A DNA stretch of 16,311 bases, from assembly GCA_027001995.1 (NCBI GenBank), contig JALTLO010000103.1, positions 1 to 16,311 of the forward strand, in the 5' to 3' direction. The stretch comes from Planctomycetota bacterium. Lineage in GTDB: Bacteria; Planctomycetota; GCA-002687715; DRQF01. The notes below the pieces were generated by a model that was given only the letters and a program-made list of their open reading frames with translations, was not told the origin of the DNA and searched no databases. The translations under genes and the position numbers were made by a program. Of the stretch, positions 1 through 7,923 are shown one piece after another; within the stretch, counting starts at the first letter, position 1, and each line of letters opens with the position of its first letter.

Positions 1-2
1 AG

Positions 3-620
3 GTGCAAGTAGAAGGCTTAGCCTGTGGCGTCTTAGAAGCTTTGCTCCCTGCCCTGGTAGATCAAGATAAAACTCTCCACGGCCCCAGGCGGTTCTGGGC
101 TTGGGTTCATGGGCAAAGATTGCCCTATCCTCCGGCTCTATCTCAATTGGGCTTTGACCTTGATCGCTGGCTCATCGTTCAACCCAAAACAGAGCAAGAA
201 CAGCTTTGGGCCATGGAGACCATTTTGAGGTCAGGTCTATGTGAAGGTCTTGTCTCTTTCTTGGGCCACAAAAACCATAGTAAAAAAATGGATTTACTTG
301 GGCGGCGCCTTCAATTGGCAGCTCGTGATGGCAACAGCACAGCTCTTTTGTTTGGTGACAAAAGAAGGAGTCCCACCACATCTTCTGCCGCTCTTCGTCT
401 TGCCGCCAGGCCACTCATAGGACAAGGACGTAGACGTCGTTTACAAATTGAAATTTTGAAATGCCGGGGTCGGGCCTTTGCTGACCCGGTCTTTATAGAA
501 TGGAGCCATGATGCGTTGGATGAGCCTGCGGTTTCCCGATCTCAATCTGGAGAGCTTAACCCGAGGGCGTCCAGACAGCAAAACACAACCTTTCGCCCTC
601 TTCGCGTCTCTGGGGCCTAG
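3..620 (+). CDS. imuA: ImuA-like (RecA/SulA-fold) mutagenesis accessory protein, 5'-truncated by the window edge
   Basis: Motifs PYPPALSQLGFDLDRWLIV, LWAMETILRSG, RRLQLAARDG, SSAALRL and IEILKCRG are typical of ImuA. Lies directly upstream of imuB and dnaE2. Confidence 0.88.
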   Translation: MQVEGLACGVLEALLPALVDQDKTLHGPRRFWAWVHGQRLPYPPALSQLGFDLDRWLIVQPKTEQEQLWAMETILRSGLCEGLVSFLGHKNHSKKMDLLGRRLQLAARDGNSTALLFGDKRRSPTTSSAALRLAARPLIGQGRRRRLQIEILKCRGRAFADPVFIEWSHDALDEPAVSRSQSGELNPRASRQQNTTFRPLRVSGA

Positions 621-2016
621 AGATGTGTTGATTGCCATCAACCGCTTAGCCTATGACCATGGCCTTCGTATTGGTCAGACAGTGACGGCTGCCCGAGCTA
701 TTTGCACCACCTTAGAGGTCAGTCCCCATGATCCTGATCGGGCATTATATCTACTCAAGAACTTAGCCACAGCCCTACTACGTTTTAGCCCCGATGTGGT
801 GATCGATCCTTTTGGATCGGGCTCAGCCATTCTCATTGAGATAAGTCGCACCACCTGTCATTTCGGCGGTGAGGCCAAGATGGTTCAACGAATTCGCGCA
901 GCCCTTCACAAGCTCAGTTATCATCATCACCTCATTGTTGCACCGCGCCCAGAGGCAGCCAGTTTTTTGAGTCGTCTCTATGGTAGAAAAACAACACGCC
1001 GCATTGGCGCCAGTGCCTTGGAAGAAATCTTAGACACCCTACCATGGCACCTCATCGAAGCACCCCAAAGAGTCAAGGAACAACTCCGGCTTTCAGGCAT
1101 CCAAACCTTAGGGGAACTCAAAAAGCTCCCCAAGGCTGGCATGGAAGCTCGCTTGGGAGAGCATGTGGTCCGAACACTTGAGCTCATTTATGGCGAACGC
1201 CATGAACCACTCAAACGCCACAGGCCACCCCGCAAGTTAGAAGAAAAAATCGAATGGTGGCCTCCCAGCTCTCAGAAAAGCAGCCTTCTTTTTGCTGCGA
1301 AGCGTCTGTTTGACCAACTTGAAATTCAATTGGAGAGATTGGAAGAAGGAGTCACGGATGCCACCCTTTACCTACGATCGGCAGAGAGTAAAAAAGAAGT
1401 AGCCATCACCTTGCGACCAAGGCGACCCGCGCGGGTGGCCAGTCATCTTCTCAAGCTCTTAGACCATAAATTGGAATCCATAGTCCTCAGCAGCGCCATT
1501 GATCAGTTGCGTCTCAAGCTCAATAAGAAGCTCTCTTTACTGCCCGAACAAGGTCTTCTGTTTGCTGCTGAAGGCGCCCTTTATTGGAATGATGAAGCTC
1601 TTCAATTGATGGACAAATTGGGATGTCGTTTGGGAGAAGGGCGAGTTTTCTCTCCTCAACTCACCGAAGAACACCGCCCAGAATTCGCTTACACCTGGCA
1701 ACGGGCCGGTGTGGATGAAGAGCCCGAAAAGACAATCTCCCCTCCCATCGGACAAAGGCCACTGGAATTGTCGACAAAACCTCAAACCATCCTTTTAGCC
1801 ACCAATGCCAATGGCAGGCCAGAAGAAATTCTTCAGGGAGAAAGTCGGGGGCTCATCCGCGTGATCAGTGGGCCAGAACGTCTCCGATCAGGGTGGTGGG
1901 ATGGTCAAGATGCCTGTCGTGATTACTACGTGATTCAAACAAAAGACGGCTCAAGGCTTTGGATCTATCAAGATCGCCATTCTGGATCGTGGTTTCGCCA
2001 AGGACTCTTCAGTTGA
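508..2016 (+). CDS. imuB: ImuB, catalytically inactive Y-family DNA polymerase homologue
   Basis: Y-family N-terminus (GLRIGQTVTAARAIC, FSPDV) without the S(I/L)DE catalytic motif. HhH-like LRLSGIQTLGEL. Clamp-binding-like QGLLF (1549-1563). C-terminal GPERLRSGWWD...RDYY...LWIY module. Sits between imuA and dnaE2. Confidence 0.92.
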   Translation: MMRWMSLRFPDLNLESLTRGRPDSKTQPFALFASLGPRDVLIAINRLAYDHGLRIGQTVTAARAICTTLEVSPHDPDRALYLLKNLATALLRFSPDVVIDPFGSGSAILIEISRTTCHFGGEAKMVQRIRAALHKLSYHHHLIVAPRPEAASFLSRLYGRKTTRRIGASALEEILDTLPWHLIEAPQRVKEQLRLSGIQTLGELKKLPKAGMEARLGEHVVRTLELIYGERHEPLKRHRPPRKLEEKIEWWPPSSQKSSLLFAAKRLFDQLEIQLERLEEGVTDATLYLRSAESKKEVAITLRPRRPARVASHLLKLLDHKLESIVLSSAIDQLRLKLNKKLSLLPEQGLLFAAEGALYWNDEALQLMDKLGCRLGEGRVFSPQLTEEHRPEFAYTWQRAGVDEEPEKTISPPIGQRPLELSTKPQTILLATNANGRPEEILQGESRGLIRVISGPERLRSGWWDGQDACRDYYVIQTKDGSRLWIYQDRHSGSWFRQGLFS

Positions 2017-2025
2017 GCCTATGAC

Positions 2026-5000
2026 ATGCCCGAGCAACCGAATCCCAAACGTAGGCCCCACCCTTTCAAAAAGGGCCAATCTATATCTTGGGAAGCCAAA
2101 AAAGAAATAGACTTAAAGGATAGCCTCCACCAGGATCAGGCTTCACTTCCGGCCTACGCTGAGCTCTACTGCATCAGCAATTTCAGTTTCTTGCGGGGGG
2201 CATCACATCCAGATGAACTCATCGAAGAGGGTGCCCAGCATGATTATCAGTCTATTGCCATCACCGACGCCGATTCCTTAGCCGGGGTCGTGCGGGCTCA
2301 TACCGCCGCGAAAGATCAGAACATACATCTGATCGTGGGAGCAGAGATCAACACCGAAGACGCCGGGTGCCTGGTTCTTTTAGCATCAGATCGCTCAGCC
2401 TATGGGCGACTATCCCGTTTGATTACCTTGGGACGCAGGCGCGGTGGTAAAGGGGAATCAAAGATCTACCAACAGGATGTGGCCATGTTTTCAGAAGGGC
2501 TTTTAGCCCTCTATATCTTGCCCCCCGATTTGCTCGGGCCCCGGGTAGAAGAATCCACCTTAGAAGCCGAATTACCTGGCCTCAAACAATGGCAAAAGAT
2601 CTTCCGAAAAGACCTTTGGTTATCCGCTACACTGCAAGATGGCCCTGATGATATCAGCCGTATGGCTCGCTATCTTTGGTTTGAGAAACGAAGCTGCATT
2701 CCTTTGGTCGCAACTGGTGCCATTGACGCCCATTGCGAAGAACGACGCCTTCTTCGAGACACAATTCATGCCATTCGTCACAATTGCCAAGTGAAAGACT
2801 TGGGCCATAAGGTGCCCGGATTAGGGTGTGCTGTTCTGCGCCCCATTGAAGATATTGCTCGCTCTTACTGGCAGCGCCCAGATCTTCTTGCCACCACCGT
2901 TGCCATTGCAAATCGCTGCCAATTCTCTTTAGACGAATTAAAATATGAATACCCAGACGAAGCCACTGGCCGCAACCTCAAACAACTGACCTACACCGGC
3001 TCCCGAGATCGTTGGCCAGAAGGTTTGCCTCAGAAGGTCGAAAAGCTCTTAGCCTATGAACTCAAGCTCATCGAAGAAATGAACTATGAAGGATTCTTTC
3101 TCACGGTCTATGACCTGGTTCGATTCGCCAGGTCTCGAGGCATCTTATGTCAAGGACGCGGTAGCGCTGCTAATTCAGCGGTTTGCTATGCGCTTGGAAT
3201 TACTGCGGTTGACCCAGATCGTTTCGATTTGCTTTTTGAGCGATTTATTTCGAAGGATCGCAACGAACCTCCTGACATCGACGTTGATTTTGAGCATGAA
3301 AGGCGGGAGGAAGTCATTCAATATGTGTTCAAGAAGTATGGCAGATCACGGGCCGCTTTGGCAGCTACGGTTATTACTTATCGAGGACGGTCGGCCGTTC
3401 GAGATGTAGGCAAAGCGTTGGGGCTTTCTTTAGATCAAACAGAGCGCTTGGCCAAGAATCTCCATTATTGGGATGGAGCCGAGTTAGAAGACGAGAGAAT
3501 TCGAGAAGCGGGGCTAGATCCCCAGGATCCCCACCTCTGTATGGTCATGAAGATCGTCCGAGAAATCCAAGGATTCCCCAGACACCTCTCGCAACATGTA
3601 GGAGGCATGGTCATCACCCAAGGTCGCTTAGATGAGCTTTGCCCCATTGAGAATGCTGCCATGGATCAGCGCACAGTCATCCAGTGGGACAAAGATGACT
3701 TAGATGCTCTGGGGATACTCAAAGTAGACTGTTTGGCCTTAGGCATGCTCACCGCAGTACGCAAAGCTTTTGATCTCATTCACACAGTCAGAGGAAAACG
3801 ATTCGAACTCGCAACCATTCCCCCAGAAGTCCCTGCTGTTTATGAGATGGCCACCCGCGCTGACACAGTGGGAGTTTTTCAAATCGAAAGCCGGGCGCAA
3901 ATGGCCATGTTGCCACGCTTCAAACCAAAATGTTTCTATGACTTAGTAATCGAAGTTGCCATTGTTCGTCCAGGCCCAATTCAAGGGGGCATGGTCCATC
4001 CCTATCTGAAACGACGAGGGGGATTAGAACAAGTCACTTATCCTTCGGAAGACTTGCGAGAAGTCTTAGACAAGACTTTGGGGGTACCCATCTTCCAGGA
4101 GCAAGTCATGAAGTTAGCCGTCGTGGCCGCTGGTTTCACCCCAGGAGAGGCCGATATGCTCAGACGAGCTATGGGTGCTTGGCGACGTCCCGGGATTATT
4201 GGCAAGTTTCAAGAGAAGCTTCTCTGCGGCATGAAAGAAAGAGGCTACGCAGAAGAATTCGCCCAGTCGATCTTCAATCAAATCAAAGGTTTCGGCGAAT
4301 ACGGCTTTCCAGAGAGTCATGCTGCCAGCTTTGCCCTTCTTACCTATATTTCTCTCTGGCTCAAACGATTTGAGCCAGCGGCTTTTGCCTGCTCCCTGTT
4401 AAATAGCCAACCCATGGGTTTCTACGGCCCCTCTCAACTTTTGAGCTGTGCTCGGCGGCATGGAGTTCCCATACGCCCCATTGACGTCATGAAGAGCGCC
4501 TACGATTCCACCTTAGAAGTCGACGACCCAGAAACGCTTTTTCCATGCTCGAAAGACCCTCAGCTATCACCTTCTTCCTATGGCGCTGGGGGCCCAGCTT
4601 TGCGTTTAGGATTTCGCCTGATCAAGGGGCTTTCTAAAGTGGCCACCGACAGAATTATCGACGCACGCAAGGAAGAACCATTCACCAGTGTCGAAGACTG
4701 CCTACGCAGATCTGGCCTCAACGGACGAGACGCATCCCACTTAGCAGAAGCCGGAGCTTTCCGCAGCCTCAGCAAACACCGTCGCGAAGCATGGTGGCGC
4801 GCTGGCCAAGACTTCAAGGACATGCCACTTTTTCCTACAGAGGCCCTCAAAGAAGATCTCCCCCAATTGGCCCCACCCAATGAAACAGAAAGAGTCTTTG
4901 CAGATTACGCACGGACAGGTCTTTCTTTAGAGGCTCACCCCCTCAAATTACTTAGAAAACAATTAGATCAACTGCATGTAAGCCACGCCGGTCTTGTTGC

Positions 5001-5298
5001 CCAAGCAGCAAGAAGAGAACCAATCACCATAGCAGGTATCAGCATTTGTCGGCAACGACCAGCCACAGCATCCGGGGTCATGTTTGTCACTTTGGAAGAT
5101 GAATTCGGGCACATCAACGCCATCTTGCGAGTGAAAGAGCAAGAGCGCTTCCGAATAGCACTTCTAAGCGGCAGCCTTTTGTTGATGAAAGGGCAAGTCG
5201 AACGTTCTGAAGGTGTGGTACACGTTTTAGTGACCTATGTAGAAAACCTCACCTCACTCCTACAAGGATTACCGACCAAGTCCCGTGACTTTCAGTGA
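2026..5298 (+). CDS. dnaE2: Error-prone DNA polymerase III alpha subunit DnaE2 (ImuC)
   Basis: PHP start YAELYCISNFSFLRGASHP, GRGSAANSAVCYALGIT, catalytic PDIDVDFEHERREEVIQY, YGFPESHAASFA, OB-fold RQRPATASGVMFVTLEDE, and the DnaE2-type C-terminal SRDF motif. Confidence 0.97.
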   Translation: MPEQPNPKRRPHPFKKGQSISWEAKKEIDLKDSLHQDQASLPAYAELYCISNFSFLRGASHPDELIEEGAQHDYQSIAITDADSLAGVVRAHTAAKDQNIHLIVGAEINTEDAGCLVLLASDRSAYGRLSRLITLGRRRGGKGESKIYQQDVAMFSEGLLALYILPPDLLGPRVEESTLEAELPGLKQWQKIFRKDLWLSATLQDGPDDISRMARYLWFEKRSCIPLVATGAIDAHCEERRLLRDTIHAIRHNCQVKDLGHKVPGLGCAVLRPIEDIARSYWQRPDLLATTVAIANRCQFSLDELKYEYPDEATGRNLKQLTYTGSRDRWPEGLPQKVEKLLAYELKLIEEMNYEGFFLTVYDLVRFARSRGILCQGRGSAANSAVCYALGITAVDPDRFDLLFERFISKDRNEPPDIDVDFEHERREEVIQYVFKKYGRSRAALAATVITYRGRSAVRDVGKALGLSLDQTERLAKNLHYWDGAELEDERIREAGLDPQDPHLCMVMKIVREIQGFPRHLSQHVGGMVITQGRLDELCPIENAAMDQRTVIQWDKDDLDALGILKVDCLALGMLTAVRKAFDLIHTVRGKRFELATIPPEVPAVYEMATRADTVGVFQIESRAQMAMLPRFKPKCFYDLVIEVAIVRPGPIQGGMVHPYLKRRGGLEQVTYPSEDLREVLDKTLGVPIFQEQVMKLAVVAAGFTPGEADMLRRAMGAWRRPGIIGKFQEKLLCGMKERGYAEEFAQSIFNQIKGFGEYGFPESHAASFALLTYISLWLKRFEPAAFACSLLNSQPMGFYGPSQLLSCARRHGVPIRPIDVMKSAYDSTLEVDDPETLFPCSKDPQLSPSSYGAGGPALRLGFRLIKGLSKVATDRIIDARKEEPFTSVEDCLRRSGLNGRDASHLAEAGAFRSLSKHRREAWWRAGQDFKDMPLFPTEALKEDLPQLAPPNETERVFADYARTGLSLEAHPLKLLRKQLDQLHVSHAGLVAQAARREPITIAGISICRQRPATASGVMFVTLEDEFGHINAILRVKEQERFRIALLSGSLLLMKGQVERSEGVVHVLVTYVENLTSLLQGLPTKSRDFQ

Positions 5299-5312
5299 AC
5301 CCCAACCCCAAA

Positions 5313-5357
5313 CCCGAATAGTCACGATCTCGGGGGTGATCTCATGAATTGTCCGGG
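5313..5357. repeat. Mini-element copy 1 (45 bp, imperfect terminal inverted repeats, MITE/REP-like)
   Basis: Sequence cccgaatagtcacgatctcgggggtgatctcatgaattgtccggg. Left end cccgaatagtcacga versus reverse complement of right end cccggacaattcatga. 5310-5349 is identical to 7876-7915. Confidence 0.85.
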
Positions 5358-5451
5358 CTTAGAGCGGTCACTTGAACCGGCAGATCCCCCTGACCGCCTC
5401 AAGAAATCAGGGGAACATTGCGATCGGATTGGGACCGAAAGTATCTTTCAG

Positions 5452-5499
5452 GGGAAACAAGAAAAGGCCGATGCAACAGCAATCTGTGGCATCAGCCTT
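5452..5499 (-). terminator. Rho-independent terminator of the beta-helix gene
   Basis: Minus strand aaggctgatgccacag-attg-ctgttgcatcggcctt forms a 16-bp stem (one mismatch, one G-U), followed by ttcttgtttc. It begins 5 nt after the stop at 5505. Confidence 0.75.
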
Positions 5500-5504
5500 A
5501 AGGA

Positions 5505-7295
5505 CTACTTCACTTCAAAGACAAGGGCGTTGGTGGGCACAAAGACACCGGGAGATTCTTCGATAACTCCTTGGAGGGTGAGCAAAAGAGGAATGGGAAT
5601 AGATGGGCCTGGGCCCGAAACCCATGGAGTTGGCGTGGCCACAAACAAGGGAGCATAAAGACCAAGTTGTCCCACGGTCGAGGCCATGGTGAAGAAGCTT
5701 GGATGTAGAAAAGGAATCATTGGGGCTGGCGCAAACATCATGTCACCGATGCCCAAGGGGACGCTGATAACACTGTCGAAGTTTGCCTCACCGAGGATAC
5801 CAAAGATACTGAAGTTAAGAGGACCACTCAGATGAGCGGGTTGGGCCATCTCTAAGGAAACAGAGCTGCCGATAGGCACTTCAATTTTCCTGAGCACATC
5901 ACCTTTGCTGCCATTCATAGTCAAGACATCATAGGGCCCACCGGCGGTCTCTCCCACCCGACCAGCAGATGCAGGATGATGGGCCAAACTCTGGGCCTCA
6001 TAAGCGCCCACGTCGACGATGCCATTGCGCACCCGAGGAAATCCTCGAACGTCCGTGGCTGCCCGAGTAAAAATCGGATTGACAGTCCCAGCGTCGATCA
6101 AGGGAGAACCGGGGGCTAGGCGATAATCACCATTGACTTGGTCAACAAATTGAGACGGTACCGTCACCACCCCTGGCCCACTCACATTACCCCCTTGGAT
6201 GTTGCTGAACTCGGCAGAGAAACCGAGGTTTGGCACGTTGTTGGGAAAACGAATTGGATAACCATAAGGCACACCATTGGGTTTGACATTGTCGGCGATA
6301 ATGCAATCGGCAACCAGAGTTGCACCACCCATCAAGAAGGGAGGAAACGTCGTTGTGTTGTCCACGACTGTGTTGTTGGTGAAAAGCAAACCAATGCCAA
6401 AACTCATCCCAGCGACAGTAGAGATCATCTGGGAAGCTGTGTTGCCAGAGAAACTACACGATTCAATCTTGAATGGAGCAGCATTCGCAACCGATTGGGA
6501 AACCTCGAACAATGCCCCACTGCAAGAATTCTGGACAAACTGATTTCCTATACAATTCAGAATACCGACAGAAGCTCGGAGTATGCCGAAACCTATGTTT
6601 TGGCCAAAAAGACAATTCGAGACATTGAGCGACGAACTCCCAAATAACCAATCCCACTCAATCACGATTCCTTGGACATGGCTGCGAAAAATACAGTATT
6701 GCAGGGTGACGATATGCCATGGTTGGGGTTGAAAATGAACTGCTGCACCCCGCCCCCAAACTGCTGTCAAAGAATTGTTGTCGAAAAGACAATCCTCCAA
6801 AGTAACACCAGAGAATCGCACAAAAATCGCCCCTCCGTGCTCGGCGCTATTGTTGGTGAACCGACAGTTACGAAAAGTAGGGGACGGAACCGTTGAGGGA
6901 AGAGCGCTTGTTGGCAGAATGTGGACCGCCCCACCCATTCGAACTGGACCAGCACCGTTGTTGGCCAACGTCCCAATCCCATTCGTGAGAGTAAAACCAT
7001 CGACATAGGAACTGCTCACCGACGTATTAAAAACAATGCACGAACCGCTGTTGGTCCCATCAATTATGGACTGCCCAATGCCCGCCCCGATTAGCCCAAG
7101 TTCAGTGGCCGGCCAAACCAAATTCTCTTGATAAACACCAGCTGCTACAACCACCATGTCGCCGGTTGCCCCGGCATTCAAAGCTGATTGAATCGTTGGG
7201 TAGGTGGCAGAAGAAACGGACAAAGTCGCCTGGGCATTGACAACGCCCCAAAGCGTCAGCAACAACAGAATCAAGATGACTTGCATGAATCTCAT
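5505..7295 (-). CDS. Secreted right-handed parallel beta-helix repeat protein with choice-of-anchor-Q-like domain and additional C-terminal domain
   Basis: Start re-assigned to ATG 7295 because of a strong SD (ggaggtgag, 7300-7308) and a signal peptide MRFMQVILILLLLTLWGVVNA|Q. YPTIQSALNA...VAAGVYQE start, GGAI/NCxFxxN repeats, and GDYRLAPGSPLIDAG...DVRGFPR...VDVGAYE. Confidence 0.85.
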   Translation of the reverse strand: MRFMQVILILLLLTLWGVVNAQATLSVSSATYPTIQSALNAGATGDMVVVAAGVYQENLVWPATELGLIGAGIGQSIIDGTNSGSCIVFNTSVSSSYVDGFTLTNGIGTLANNGAGPVRMGGAVHILPTSALPSTVPSPTFRNCRFTNNSAEHGGAIFVRFSGVTLEDCLFDNNSLTAVWGRGAAVHFQPQPWHIVTLQYCIFRSHVQGIVIEWDWLFGSSSLNVSNCLFGQNIGFGILRASVGILNCIGNQFVQNSCSGALFEVSQSVANAAPFKIESCSFSGNTASQMISTVAGMSFGIGLLFTNNTVVDNTTTFPPFLMGGATLVADCIIADNVKPNGVPYGYPIRFPNNVPNLGFSAEFSNIQGGNVSGPGVVTVPSQFVDQVNGDYRLAPGSPLIDAGTVNPIFTRAATDVRGFPRVRNGIVDVGAYEAQSLAHHPASAGRVGETAGGPYDVLTMNGSKGDVLRKIEVPIGSSVSLEMAQPAHLSGPLNFSIFGILGEANFDSVISVPLGIGDMMFAPAPMIPFLHPSFFTMASTVGQLGLYAPLFVATPTPWVSGPGPSIPIPLLLTLQGVIEESPGVFVPTNALVFEVK

Positions 7296-7314
7296 AGACC
7301 TCACCTCCCTTTTC

Positions 7315-7863
7315 CTATCGATAGGTGTTCCAAATGACATTGACGTAAGCTGGCTCACCAACAATGGTCTGATCATCTGAGCCCCGGACATGATTGCCAA
7401 AATGCAACATGTAGTCAGTCGCAACACCTTCGACTCCCTTCGAGATTGACGGAATACTAGGAGCATTTAAGCTGGGCCAAAGATTGCCGTTGCCCCAAAC
7501 GATATGGTTAGCCGATGCTGCATAACCCAGATTGAGGGCACAGTGATCGGTGTACTCGATGGTTCCTGTCGCTACTGTGAGCCTGACAAGGTTGACGTCG
7601 GAGCGGGACGTATTGCCCCAAACACCAAGGTAAGTTTGAGTAAAGCCCTTAGGAATCTCCGGAATCAAAACGGTACTCACCCAACTGTGCGTCCCAGCCC
7701 TTTCCATAATAAGGCGCGCCAAGATTTCTCTCGCAATCAAACGATGGATAAAGGCCTGATCCACGTCTATTCTGAAGACTTGACTATGAGCATTGACTCC
7801 TTGACCGTCAAACAAAAAATCGAATCTTCAGATGAACTGTTGAATTGCTTCTGGCTCCGACAT
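7315..7863 (-). pseudogene. Disrupted or 5'-truncated hypothetical protein gene with in-frame TGA at 7828-7830
   Basis: Reads MSEPEAIQQFI*RFDFLFDGQGVNAH...NVIWNTYR*. The frame is open from within repeat copy 2. The stop lies 19 nt before the next ATG with the SD in between, which is operon-like spacing. Confidence 0.5.
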
Positions 7864-7878
7864 GTCCCAGTTCCGAAA

Positions 7879-7923
7879 CCCGAATAGTCACGATCTCGGG
7901 GGTGATCTCATGAATGACTCGGC
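7879..7923. repeat. Mini-element copy 2 (40/45 identical to copy 1, diverged right end)
   Basis: Sequence cccgaatagtcacgatctcgggggtgatctcatgaatgactcggc. Abuts the GT2 stop codon at 7924. Confidence 0.85.

Larger units (their letters stand above)
5310..7923. mobile_element. Putative non-autonomous cargo cassette bounded by direct-repeat mini-elements
   Basis: Exact 40-bp direct repeats 2566 bp apart flank one disrupted and one intact gene. Removing one repeat plus the cargo leaves the convergent dnaE2 and GT2 stops 59 bp apart. No recombinase gene in the window and no clear target-site duplication. Confidence 0.5.

Noticed and set aside
1..60. LexA/SOS box for imuABC
   Set aside because: The operon promoter lies upstream of the window and cannot be assessed.
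5299..5362. Integron attC or tRNA-derived att site
   Set aside because: No paired RYYYAAC/GTTRRRY boxes could be found on either strand, there is no tRNA 3'-end motif, and no integrase is in the window.
5344..5658. 104-aa and 64-aa plus-strand ORFs after dnaE2
   Set aside because: They start in or next to the repeat, cross a terminator, run antisense into a real gene, and have no recognisable motifs.
7296..7466. N-terminal 57 aa of the 653-aa ORF call
   Set aside because: Overlaps the upstream ORF. The strong SD and signal peptide point to ATG 7295.
7828..7830. Selenocysteine or alternative-code readthrough of the TGA
   Set aside because: TGA is used as a normal stop by imuB, dnaE2, GT-C and HAD. 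There is no redox-motif context or evident SECIS, so a nonsense mutation is simpler.
5310..7915. CRISPR array interpretation of the 40-bp repeat
   Set aside because: Only two copies, 2.5 kb apart. No spacer-sized units and no cas genes.
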